A stretch of DNA of 64,000 nucleotides, taken from positions 124,001 to 188,000 of the IMG/VR virus record IMGVR_UViG_3300020438_000007, one strand, 5' to 3'. The position numbers were made by a program, and so were the translations under genes. The notes under the pieces were generated by a model. That model was not told the DNA's origin. It was given only the letters and a program-made list of their open reading frames with translations, and made no database searches. This document shows positions 24,201-34,300 of this stretch, in pieces. The stretch's first letter is position 1. Each line of letters starts with the position of its first letter.

Positions 24201-24294
24201 CACCGTCTAAAACTTCAACTTGGACTACTCCATACAATGAGTTAAAAGACGGTCTTAGTAGAGCTCCTGCTCCTGGCGTGACTCTTGTTGACAT
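15292..24294 (-). CDS. Giant gp7-like baseplate/tail structural protein with internal repeats and a C-terminal beta-propeller-like region (3000 aa)
   Basis: 'V.V.DGG.GY' repeats shared with gp7; 12 'CxxD..YP[RK]..DP' modules; repeated 'VAVG..G.I..S.D' blades near the C-terminus. Confidence 0.75.
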   Translation of the reverse strand: MSTRVTPGAGALLRPSFNSLYGVVQVEVLDGGAGYAATDPPQITIDGTTTPLTEGVFFPVISGVGTISSVIIFNTGVGYYPVFSTSTQSQVVVERGAFGTISTSHGVGTAYSVFTGDYNIVDDNIFFTDAPYGQAGPIGLKTSSSFSGRLFSRKLDPFNPKDKNVILDDISLEFTGIAGTQFDLSENLGVVTSLYNSVNTGVDINNNPFILINNVVQTPGLDFEVVDNADNKINFLSGVPRAGRINKVGLQTGSGYYLPLKAAARVGVGSTGSLQFIQLEGKGQGYRESPVVTVRASQGFGASITAQMGTSAGSAVAISTADYNQFTGICTFVTGGTSHGFVENDLVRITGAGFTFTAISALRNINTFGYDYVTGIATVSVSGGHYIGTATNSGKSLVVKQVQITNGITTTLFREDAYPIVEVIDANNVLVDCGVSTQPLTYVSGGLVQAGVDTAIMEGRNVIGFDVLSGHTTNTFRAFVGVSTFPHQYFGGGVVNRAEAGIVTNFTIVEGGTGFFAPKTVGFLEGTPVNGITTVTAFGNKSGDEKNINAVDYDVTSGIATITSASAHGLTTSNVVKLAGIAFSTGIGDIIFPSNVNRYFGVVGVTSTLNFQVNIGVAMTTTGIHTANVGAGIGSFIPYEGHGLETDDFVNVTGIAITFASAPSVRVGGAEYDQTSGIATIFTRDRHNLTEDDCVILSGIGFTCDYDPSLGVSTAQYNNVTGIMTVTTAAPHGYKVAKDVILSGLAFTCSLDNGSRFHYYPRSRSTAYDTSLPITGYAGTALSIDVGAAPPKDQYTHLFSEAINGALVYGGDYDHTFIRAVDGALLTGGPYTHSFIGATATSTFAGGDYAHTYVSSDDKTIKTGGDYAHIFDSAVTDAVNILGGGSLTPTNADYTPTTGSLIVTSAGHGLSGPSQHSLTTANYNPIVGILTITVPTHGFSNGDQVLIANDSIGWKCSLDGFTTTKYYPRTTDTLSNTWVPISNVTGDTFEVFAGITTRIDYTVSGADYTPSTGIMTMSIGSHDLISGQTFKFKPESLGFTCDADGNSLVKYYPRSKDPTYDTAVPILGVAGTTITTQVGITTEVKYNIRFAAYTPQSGIMTVSLDRLHDFQVGESIKFKPGSIVFKCDQDFYQTKHFYPRPSDPYYEKTVTLVGAAGTLFTVNVGPTTSSQMYAFVPNQGVAVDAVIAGGAYPYNLSGIGTDAMITGGGDYTPYWYQNSTTGAIQRPTQKVSVVTGGISFKCAKDNYATVHAYPRPTDPINNLNVGIVSVTTDTFEIRVGVSTIRERGISTSVYNPATGELTMTVGAGHSYINDSAHTISTATYNSSTGVLEPTISNHGFVAGEYVKFDLESISFKCDQDGYTATKAYPRYSDPFLNEWLPIYHVGVNTFSVNVGVSTIVNAYWFQSATTGGLKKARNTVGINTGSIIFTCDRDDHATEHAYPRSYDPIGGNVSVGIGSTSATTLTINVGVSTIVNYGIATAAYTPNTGIMTVFSNVHGLNGAYDDKRIQFATYDAGSGIMTVTTNQSHGMITGNRVNFKRDSIRFRCLMNQRQSVKSYPRAKDPSDQKWLSVTGIDETNFSVNVGTSPLVYHDPTSGSYDPFTGLMTVDIGSHTLKKGTGVKLKTRGFKFTCALDNHATNHFYPRASGISGPDPAYNTSVKITSTTDTTITLDVGKSSNQTEHIFVSAGTSSVISGGNYIHTFENADLDSLLIARDTVGLSTNSYTWRCAQDNYATDHTYPRTTDPIHDVEVGIVSSTLDTFTMNVGITSRVKFNISNATYDPNSGLVTMTTDSSHGLSTTTSVGLATNGFVYTCTMDQNSTEHAYPRVTDPAHNTSLYPTAVTANNVTVNVGVSTRVEYNINHADYNDVVGIMTMFLPTAHGITTAAGAPRNVKLKNESIYFTCSKDGYATAHVYPKGGDPYYNGSIVNRVIDNQNIEIQVGPSTTPSFYNGGGKIQGVILAPRLRNNSPSSEDFAAGGTFVDKIIDDHTYVVNVGISTVDHNYARGGISQQGKRVAASNEIGFSGFDVIEKIDAGKFRVNAGLTTEIALFKRGGRIDKPVFLDITEPAGYFNRDLEYISGNSGLGTNAVVNFRINVDGNIGEFELREEGTAYKVDEVLTVSGIATNPRVGVLTEFQLTVQELENDTFSGFYPGQFILFDDIASFFNGSRTKFTLSVTTSGVTEILSLKTLPGSDMDITNNIFIYINDILQTPQSSYTFKGSRVIFSEAPKPNSKCSVFYFRGSARDVETVEPVSSVKAGDIVQIKENKLNPADIDQFARTGKRIVASDVLETFSYDSIGIDTNTAAERPLSWEKQRQDQILSGVLISKARPGLKSKVLPTTRIIKNVGELDDKIYVNNAFPVFNAIDLLVQSERDVQIFEDSEISPGVVTSIVSTSSSISSLNIVDEGTGYKISNPTVAISSALIERKDPIFAWEFDSITGITSSIEFKSITKEDPYVAVGASSYYMNTKSGTFWERGRIGFGGTITFNGVSVGNSATGNVNVMAVGEFASMARGVSIGNSIGSWTPINLLEQRQIPAIGQVQTLDSTYTGHFNDVIWEGSRNTWVAVGAAGSIFSAVGLTTADAFSQFSGTLQNLNAVCYGQSEYVAVGNGGVILASNDGTGWGDKTSNTVFDLNDIIYDGNKFIVVGDNGTIGISTDKNFWQPWSQQLPAGTVHPATFDFAKIKFFDNFYVGISTVGDLYYSFDLANWNKRVVTQPNEIRDLVQTPYGDFASTRVIVVGSGTTNFYADPVINRATATASVTAGVITSINITDGGFGYRVGSSPPVIVQSDATKREDLFSVDAEGDFGDIVGINTWLPGSASVLPRLAFTLKSQFNDNTNLGYGYSSLNSLGVNFSGLEKGDFFTIYDSSLVVGHALTGITTSSGANQPVGMVTSGDYLGGVFRVEQITTGDAISGLVTVTCAFQPGPTPYGNNTIQVGVGTTATTDTFWGKYSWGKLLGYQNRGAGNPTSFLVNPMNGNVGLSTAAVVSRKKPLT

Positions 24295-24307
24295 TTAATC
24301 GTCTTCC

Positions 24308-25330
24308 TCAGATAATGTTAATAGAACTGCTGCAATAGACTCTGGTAACACCAGTACTATCACGCACTATACTAAAGGTTAAAATATCATCATTTGCCGT
24401 AGACGGCGGAGGGTTGCCTCCAACCCATTTAATACCATTGGCGATTGATGCACCGTTTACTTTGCATGAGTCACCATATGTGTATCCAATTCCAGAGTTG
24501 TTGATGAGTGTAACTGTTGATGCTTTACTATTATCAGAGTTGACATTAGTAAAGTTCCAAGAACTAACGGATGTAGTTATACCACCAAGAACAACTGTTC
24601 CTTGTGATAAGTCAAATGTGAAAGTACCGCCTGCACTTACAGTCAACTGATCACTAAAGTTTCCTACAACTTTCTCTGTAATATCAGAGTTAAAGTTGAC
24701 CTGATCCATCAGTGTACTTGCACCACTTACTTGGATATCTCCTCGTACATCCAATCTACATCTGGGAGCAGTAGAACCAATACCAGTATATGCTTCATTA
24801 GTAACTACAAAAGATTTGTTGTCAGATATATCTGCATCGGATACTCGCAATCCATGTCCATTGCCTTTTGCGACTGCCCAGATAGTTGGTCTTTGATTTG
24901 AGAATGATGCAACTTCTAGTTGTGATGTAGGTAATGAAGTTCCAATGCCGACCATACCGTCTGCTTTGATTCGGAACATCGTTGCAGCAAATCCAACTTC
25001 AATAGGACCATCTGTGATCGCACCAGGCTGTTGAATTGTTATCTTACCAATATCTGCATAACTTGACGTTACAACACCAGTTGTGTTGATATCAATATTA
25101 CCAGTAACGCTCGATGCCATACCAGCAAGAACAGATGTCGATGCAATACCAGCATTTGTGGAATACCCAGCGGTACTAGCGAAAGAAACAAAACTTACAA
25201 GGTTTGCACCATCTCCGAAAATATCGTATAGCTCGTTGAAGTTATCATTTATCTTAATAGTCCCTGCCAATAGGGTATCGCCCGTCCCATCATTAGGAGC
25301 CGAACCAGTACTAATCCCTTGTTTAGACAT
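24308..25330 (-). CDS. Baseplate protein with T4 gp9/gp10-like N-terminus (340 aa)
   Basis: N-terminal GSAPNDGTGDTL.AG.IKINDNFNELY is the gp9/gp10 wedge motif. Confidence 0.75.
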   Translation of the reverse strand: MSKQGISTGSAPNDGTGDTLLAGTIKINDNFNELYDIFGDGANLVSFVSFASTAGYSTNAGIASTSVLAGMASSVTGNIDINTTGVVTSSYADIGKITIQQPGAITDGPIEVGFAATMFRIKADGMVGIGTSLPTSQLEVASFSNQRPTIWAVAKGNGHGLRVSDADISDNKSFVVTNEAYTGIGSTAPRCRLDVRGDIQVSGASTLMDQVNFNSDITEKVVGNFSDQLTVSAGGTFTFDLSQGTVVLGGITTSVSSWNFTNVNSDNSKASTVTLINNSGIGYTYGDSCKVNGASIANGIKWVGGNPPPSTANDDILTFSIVRDSTGVTRVYCSSSINII

Positions 25331-25351
25331 TACTTAAAAACGTTTTTTCTT

Positions 25352-25359
25352 TATTTATA
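25352..25359 (-). promoter_or_regulatory. T4 late promoter TATAAATA
   Basis: Exact consensus upstream of 24308..25330. Confidence 0.75.
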
Positions 25360-25360
25360 G

Positions 25361-28300
25361 TTAATATGGAGGGTTATCATCGTGAGTAGCAAATGTGCTG
25401 CCACATTTAGTCACGGTTGAGTTAACTCTCTTAGTATCATAATAGAAATCAGTATCGACTGTACTGTTTGCCAATGCAGATCTTGACTGCACAAATGTAG
25501 TGTCTCCAATTTGATTAATTTTAATCAATTCATCATCCAGTCTGATGATGTCTCCTTTAGAAAGAGAACCAATACCAACACCGATTGCAATACCCTGATC
25601 AGTTGTTCCAACTGGGACAGAGACCTGTACTCCCAATTTCTTGTTCTTGATAGGAGTTTGAATAATATTATCAATCATAATCAAGGCCTGTTTGTTTGGA
25701 TCAGCAACCTTGAGTAAGTGAGTTCCAGTTCCTAGACCTGTAAATTGGAATGGTAATGATGTAGATAAACCAGAGATTCTGAACTTAACATCATCAACCT
25801 TTTGAACAAACAATTCATTAGGCATTACATCTGTTCCAAGTTCAACTGGACTTAAGAAGATATTATCAGTAGGTGTACTACCACCAACATATGTACCAGC
25901 AATAGAGATAACGTTAGTAGAGGCATACCCAGTACCGCCATTTATAACATCAATATTAGTAACATCCAAGTTACCATCTCTAGTGATACTGAATACGCCA
26001 CCAGAACCAGTTCCATCATTTGTCGATGGAACATTAAGATACGATGTCTGAACACCTGTTCTTGTACCAGTAACTTTTGTAACTGGGAATGTAAGATCAT
26101 TAGCAGGGGTTGCACCACCTAAATGAGTTCCAGCAATACTTACATTGTCTCCAACAAAGTATCCAGCACCACCAATAGTCAAAGTAACTGCTGTAGATAT
26201 GCACAGTCCTGTAGTTTGATTAAAATCAAACTTAACTTGGAATCGTGCATCTTGACCTCTAGTGGAGATGCCAGGCAATCCACCATCAATATTTCCAAAT
26301 CCATAGATCCTAAACAAGTCGCCTGGTGGGTTAGCAGTGACTGCGGTTCCTGTAACAGGACCTGGGATCTGAACATTATATCCATTTTCAAACATTGCAC
26401 TACCACCGATACCAGATGATCTGGCAGCCATGATGATGTCTTTAGTTCCTGTGGTATGAGATGTAGTTGCAATACCAATCTTAGAACCACCTTGAGTATC
26501 AAGAATTACAGTCTGTCCAGTTTGGAAGTTATGATTCTGGATACTAATGATATTTAATGCAAGATCAACATTAGCAGTTGCCGCAGAATTGTATGACTTC
26601 TTGAATACGGGTTCACCCCCAACAGAGAGTGAGAACTGTTTACTACCAACTAGTGTTCCTGATCTATTATGAGTACCATTAAAACCAGCGGAGATATCAT
26701 CTAAGTTCAAGACTTTGTTAGTCTTGTTCATAATGAAACTCTTAATTGGTCTGCCTTCTGGGAAGAAGATTCTCTGTATTGAACCATTATCCAACTGATC
26801 GTCCTCAGTTACCATGGCAAAGTTGGTTCTCTTACCCAAGTAAATCTCATTATCAATGTTCAAGATGAGATCTACCTTTGTATCTACAGCCTTAACCTTC
26901 ATATTGTTGGACTTAGCAATACCAACATTTACAAGATCTAGTGTAGTTGCATCTTTCTTAGAATCACTTTCAATAATCAAGTCCGAGAACTCTAAGAATC
27001 CTGATGGATGAACAATAGATCTTACAGACTCTTTCCATGTGTTATATGGAAGTCTACTCTTGATTGAGTATGAGAACTTTTGGAAGTAGAAGTTATCCGA
27101 TAATCTTTGACTGAAATCGTTGAGGATTCCAATGTTCATGTCATTCTTAGTAACCTTATCTCTAGTAACGCCGAGAGTTGTTCTAACACTAAATCTGTTT
27201 ACATCTCTTACGTTACCTTTTAGACCAGAAACTTCACCAACTAATGTGTCACCAGATCTGAGAGTTCCGATAGTGTCTCTCAATCTAAGTTGACTAATCT
27301 TACCTTGCCAACCACCTTCTGCAACAAATCCCTCAAATCTATTGGATGTAACTTTTTCACCAGATAGGAACTTAGCATCGTCAATGATTGTCATGTTGAA
27401 CTTCGCCATATCATTGAAGTTCACAATAGATCCTAAAGTGAAGTCATCATCATAAGAACCAAGTGTGACCGTAGAAATGCCAGGAGCATTTCCCATGTCA
27501 AATGTAACAGTTGAATTTGTGGTATTAATCCCAGTTACGGTATAGAACGCAAAGTCATAAACATCAGAGTTGAAGTTACCTTCTCCATTTGCAAGTGAAG
27601 CTGGTTTGATTCTACAGTTCTCAACAAATACCTTATCACCAACATTAAATGGTAACTTGACATCTGTAGATCCATAGCCTGTTGTTACGGGAAGATTGAA
27701 CTGTGGATCTAAAAGAAGTTCAACTGTAACACTTGTACCACTATGAGTGATAGCATCAATGTCATAACCATTGGAGTTGTTTGTTGTAATGACACTAAGT
27801 GGTTCAGTGAATTCAAAAGCATTTTCTAAGATGTCAACTTTATCAACTGATCCACCTTTAACAGTCGCAACAATTTTTACTCTGTTATTACCACGAACTG
27901 CAAGTGTGGGAGGTTGGTTGTATCTTGTACCACCGTCAACCACTTGAATCTCATCCATTCTTGCAATACCGCTGATATCAACGATTGCAGGGACGCTTAG
28001 GAAGGGAAGTAGAGTAGGATCAGTAGGATAGTCAAATCCATCTTTGATTCTTTCAATAATGTCAATTTGACCAATCTCAGGAGATGAAACTTTGACAATA
28101 CCATCTTTACCTTGTGTACTAGCAAAACCAATGACTCTAGGAAGAATAGTGTATCCTTTGCCTGGAAAATTAATCTTGGTAGATTTAATAGGTCCTCTAG
28201 CATTACTAGAAGCAGTGCTATATGTGATTGTACTTACACCAACTCTGGATATGAGTCTTTGAGGTGCAGTTGGTTTTTCCTTCAAGTTAAAGGTAAATGC

Positions 28301-31300
28301 CTTATCATCTTTTCTGATAATTTCATGATCAGTCTTAAGAACGACATTTTTAAATGTTATGTTGTTTCTACCTGTAACATCCGTGTCAGAAGATCCATAT
28401 GTCTTTCTAGCATCAGAAGGAACAACAGGAGTCAAGTCATAGAAGGTCTTTTTAGGCCAATCAGTGTTTGTTGTTATCTTAACTGTAGAACCGACGTTTC
28501 CAGAGATACCATCTCTTATGATGTTGAATCCATCATCATTAGTTCCACTAACATCAAGCCTTTGAGTGAAATTAAGATCTCCAAAGAAATCAAGTTTCAT
28601 ATCCAACAAACTTTGATCCGAAACATCAAAAGTGATGATGTTACCAGTTATGAACTCTAATGGAGGATTAACCTTAGCAATAAAACTTGGATTGGTTGAA
28701 GTTGGCGTTGTTATAGTTGTAATCGCTACAGGATTAGATTCAGACACATCAGACTTGTATTTACAGAGTTTGATGTTATCAATATCTTCTCTAAGCACAA
28801 AGTAAGTCTCATTATGTACTAATCCACCAATAGTGTTGCCATTATCGTAATAAACAACTTTATCACCACTTTGGAAGTCATCATCTGCGATATTGAAACT
28901 TCTTAAGTCCGCAGTGAAATCAGACTTGGAGAATCCAACTTTTGCAGTTGTAATCTTAGCAACAACTGGATCATACCTAAGTTCAACAGTTTCAGCAGAT
29001 TGTGGAAGTGCATCCAGTGTAATAATGTCACCAGTCAATAATTCGTGTACAGAACTAACTCCAACTTCTCCAAAGAACCTTTCTACCTTACTTGTAACTT
29101 TAGGGAAGTTGGTGGTAAAGGAATGTGCAAATCCAGCGTTTGAAGCAACACCATAGAACCAAATTGCATTACCTGTGGTGGGAATACCAGTTGTAGATAA
29201 TCCAATGTAGTCTTGTTCAAAGTTAATTACATAAACACTACTATCGTTAACTAGAACCTCGGTTCCGACACCAGATGTAGCACCAGCAGAAACTTTTGCC
29301 CATACAAGAGATGTTCCACCAATACCCATGTTGTAAGTCAACTCTTGACCTGTAAAGAACGTATGTCCCTTAATAAAGATTCGTTGTTGAGGCACAAACC
29401 TGTTTTCGATGGTTTGTGATACAGCTGTGGATAATCCTGTAAGAGGAATACTGTAATGTGTGCCTGTAGAGCCAACACCGACTGTTTCTCGTGGATTAAA
29501 GTATGTGGTGCTGTTCTCAAAGGTAAATCTAGTGACAGTTGAATTACCAACAGGGAAAGAGAACTTAGTTGGTTTTAAAACAATGTTATTAGTGCCAACT
29601 GCGTGGGTCATTGCAGCACCAACGTAGTTTTCTCTGTTTACGAACAATCTAGAGAACCTTGAGTCAATATTGGTAACTGTCATGTTCTCCGTACCAATAC
29701 CAATCCTATCGCCAGGTTCAAACCCTCTTACATCAGTAACAAAGATGGCAGTGCTAACACCAGTGGTATTAACGTTATCTAAGAATTGAGAAAGACCAGA
29801 TGTTCTAGTAATAACGCTAACTTTGCGGATACCATTGAACTCAGTAAAGTCCGCAGTGCTAATACCACTTAAAATTACAGTTTCACCACTTGCAATCTCA
29901 TGAGGTATAGTTGTTACACCAGTAATCGTTTCTTTGGTCTTAACTAACTCAGTTCCACGGAAAGTAGTAACTCCAATCTCCACTTTATCGACAGGTTTAC
30001 CCAGAACTGATCCAATAACAATATTTGCTCCAGTTCCGTTAGTTCCACTATTATCAAGTTCCAATACATCATTAACTTTGTATCCATCACCTCTAGAAAA
30101 GATAGTTACGGAAGAAATACCAGAACTCTTTGTTTTGGTGACTTCAAATTCTTGTTTTAGGGCATCCTTGACATCATCAATCAATTCGTAGTCAGAATTA
30201 CCATAAGAGAGATAATATGGTGCTACGTTTCTTGTAATTTCTCTAGATGCAATATCAATGTCTTGATTGAAGAAAGTTGTGAAGTTTTCTTCGATTGGAC
30301 TGTCCTTAAATGATGAACCAAGTAAATATGGGAATTTTGGTTTAGCAACTCCACTAGAATCAACATCTACACTGTAGAAGTAAGCATATGATCCATCGGG
30401 GTACTGTGGTGTCACACAATAACGCCCACCATGCACGTCAAGGTCTCCAGAGTTGTCAAAGAGGTAATCATTGGTGAAATACCCAAAGGCAAAGCCAGGA
30501 GGTCTCAGACCCGATCTCGGAGTGGTGTCAAGAATGTATCCTGACTGCAATCTTCTAACGGCTCCTCCAGTTGGGGTTTGATATCCATAAGGACCATAAA
30601 TTGGATTACCGTCGTAAGCAAAACCGAGTATAGGGGAGTGAAAAGCATTGGGAGTCTCTAGATTACCAGAATCGATATTGTCTCCAAGCTGGAATCTAAG
30701 TTTTTGTGGTGGATAGATGCCTATTGTCTGTAATTGGAAGGCAGGGTTTGTACTTGGTTTAGTAAGTAGCGAATCTTCATCACTAATAATGGCATCGTTC
30801 TTCTGAACTTGGTTAATCTTCCATTCACGAACATTTGCAATGAACTTTGCAGATTTACCTCTGTTTTGTAGATCAAGTGTAGTATCACCTGATTTATAAC
30901 CGATACCACCGTCGAGAACTCTTACACCAGTAATCTTATCACCAGTGATGACTGGTCTGATGTCTGCAAAGTCGCCTGTAGGACTGTAGATGACGATATC
31001 AGAGTCTTTACGGTATCCTTTACCAGAAGCAAGGATTTGAACGTCTACGATCGATCCTTCAATGATGATTGGTTTGAGAAGTGCTTGATAAACAACAGTG
31101 GAGATACCAACATCGGGTCTTCTGTGGAAATCCATGATGTTAGTACAACCATAACCAGTACCACCCTCTTCTAGGTAAACACTTTCGATTTCACCAAGAA
31201 CCAAAGGTGAAAACTCAGGTCGAATGGCAGTTGTACTACCGATAGCAGATAAACTTTCAACATTAACAATAATGGGAGGATATTTGAAGGTATGCTTACC

Positions 31301-34300
31301 AGAACCAAATCCACGAATGACAGTTGGCTTGTTTTTGTTATAATTGGTAAGATTTCTTTGTGTAGTAACTCCAACATCACATAATCTAAATCTATTATTG
31401 TCAATTACCTTAACTGCATATTGTGTGGTTGTAGAAAGACCACTTGCAATAATTCCATCCGAAGAATACTCAACAATTTCACCATTATTGAAGTTATGAT
31501 TAAATGCAAGAACATAATCGTCTGATGTGCTAATACCTGACTGTGCATCACCGTTAGTTGGTCTACCTTGAACGATGACTTTCTTGTTTGAGTAACCAGA
31601 TCCAGAATTTTTTACATAGATCCTAGTAATTGTGTTTTTCGCTTGCACCGTCGTAAGACTGTGGAAACCAAAACTAATATTTCCAATATTTACGGTATTA
31701 ATGCCTGCCTTTGCATCTTCAGGTGTTTTATGTAACTTAACCGTCTTCTCATCGATAACACCAGCATAATATGTTGAACCATCAACGATATTGACAATAG
31801 GAGTGTTACCTCTTGCATCATAAATGATGCCTTCTCCAGATTCAAAGTTATGTCTCTTTTGGAAGGTGATACTTTCGTCAAATGTATTAACAGATGTACC
31901 ATCAGCCTTGAAGTTAGCTACAATACGACCTCTGACTAGGTTAGACTCAAGAACGGCACCAGTTCCGTTACCACCGATAACAGTAATCTTAGGTTTTTCC
32001 TGATATCCGATGCCAGGAGTAACTAGTTTAACCTCTCTGAATGATCCAGAGACATTAGCATGAGCAAAAGCACCACTTCCCTGTTGATCGTTGATGATGA
32101 GTGGAGGTCCTGTGATAACATCATAATCTTTACCCGAATTAGTGACTTTAACTTCTGTGATGTCACCGTGGAAGATCTGTTCATCAAAAACAGTAGGAGG
32201 GAATAGTTCAACACCGTTTGCTAACAGTCCAACTGCTCTGTTATTAATTTGTCTCTGGTTCTTATCGTCGAATAAAGTCTGTTGTTTGTAATTAGGATAC
32301 TTTCTAAGAATTTTTTGGTTTTTAAGAGTTTTGTTCTCCCATCCCGACTTATAGATGAACTGTCCAGAAGTATCAGTCCTAACAGCAATGTATTTTTTAG
32401 CAAATACATCAGAACCACTATATGACAAGTAGAAGTCAGTTTGGTTGATAGCAGTTACAAAGTAGATACCAGTGCTGATACCACTATTGGTTGAATTGTC
32501 CCAATAAACCTTATCACCAGTTACATAGTTGTGATTTAGGAGTTGATTAGTGTTTGCTCCTAGACTGAATGAGGAGTCGTAAGACTGTAGGGTATAAGTA
32601 AACCCACCACCAAGTAAAGGTGTCCCAAAACCGTCCACAACCTCCACTGAGGAACTTTTTGTAAAGACCTTATTATCAGTTGCAAAGATAGGATAGTTAG
32701 GTAGACCAGAAGAAGTGATATAGAAGAATTCTTCGTTCTTATCTAAGTAACTATTATGAACTCCAACAGGAAATTCATCTACGCCTGGGAAATAGTCTGA
32801 GTTGTGAGATGCTTTAGTAACTGTTTTTGTAATTACATTTGGATTGACTGGAATTGCTGTGGCAGTCTGAACAACAACAGTATTTGCATAGACCTTAGAA
32901 GTATTGCTTGCGTCATACTCAATATCCTTAACTGTAATAAGAGAAGACTCTCCATTTTGATTTTTGATGACTAAAACTTCGTCAACGTAGAAAACAACAG
33001 AATCAAAGATACTAATTCTGTAAGTATTGACGTTTACCTGACTAACTTTAGAAATATTATGACTGGAAGGAATATTATAGATCCAGTTATTGAATTGTGG
33101 CTTTTGCCCTAAGTCTGTACCGAATGAAAGCAACTTAAGACTGTCACCAATTTGCATATTGGTGGATTGACTTGCATCTGCATTATCAATGACGTTTACA
33201 AGTCTAAATTGCATTATAGATGTTTGGCCAAAACCAGCATAAGCGTATGCAAGTTTATTTTCAAGAATATCTGCACCAAATATCAAGTCAGTAGAGATTC
33301 CAGAAACGCCTAGGAACTGATTAATAGTTTTATCGTTATAACTGACGTTTAGGAAGTTAGAACCCTTTGTAGGTCTTACAAGAAGAGTTCCTGACTGTCC
33401 GAATCCAACTGTAGAGTCAACTACAATCGTACTTGACGCAGCATTAATGATCTCAAGTGTTTTTGTCTTACCAGGCACTTGAAAATTGCCATCAAATGAT
33501 GTAGAGTCCAATGACAACTCGAAAAAGTCAGTCTGGTTGATCGGTCTATACTCTACATTGTAGATTGAAGCACTTACAGTACCAATTCCAGCAACATCTT
33601 GGAATAAGAAATTACCAATAGATTCCAATGGTTGTCCACCGAAAAGGTTTTCAACTAAAACATGTTTGGTTTTGAAATATACGTTTGCAGACGGAGTTAG
33701 AGTACTATCAATCGGTTTGAGGAGTTCAATGTCCTCACCGTATAGAAGTTTGAAAAGAATCTGGTAGGAAGCGTCAGTTCCCTTCGACATGTAGAAGTCT
33801 TTTGCCCTAGTAAGGATGTTAGTAACAGATGTACCAGAGATAAAGTTTCTGTTTTCAAATCCAGGCAAAAATTCAGTCTTGAATTTTGAAAAGAATGTTT
33901 GTAGGAATAGATTGCTTAAATTTAAGACTACAGATCCACTTGGATGTGCAACTGACTCTGTTTCGTTGAACTGTAGGAACTCAGCATCATCGTCTTTTGA
34001 TATTTGATCAATACCACTGAATCCTCTAGCACATTCCACAAAGGATGTGGCAGTTTTAGACTTGTAAGTTATAATCTCGTTTTCAATCTTCAACAAACCA
34101 TAAGTATCTGGCCAACCAACTGTTGAAGCAACTTCAATTACGTCGTCACCAGCAAAACAAGATGCGGTAAGAGCGGTATTTGGTATTAAAGTCTCATTAT
34201 TGAAGGCACTAATCTTTCTATACTCGGCAAGGTTGTTTGCCAAGTCAGTCATACCTGATTGATGTTCCTGAGACTGGTAATACAGATCTAGGAAAGACTG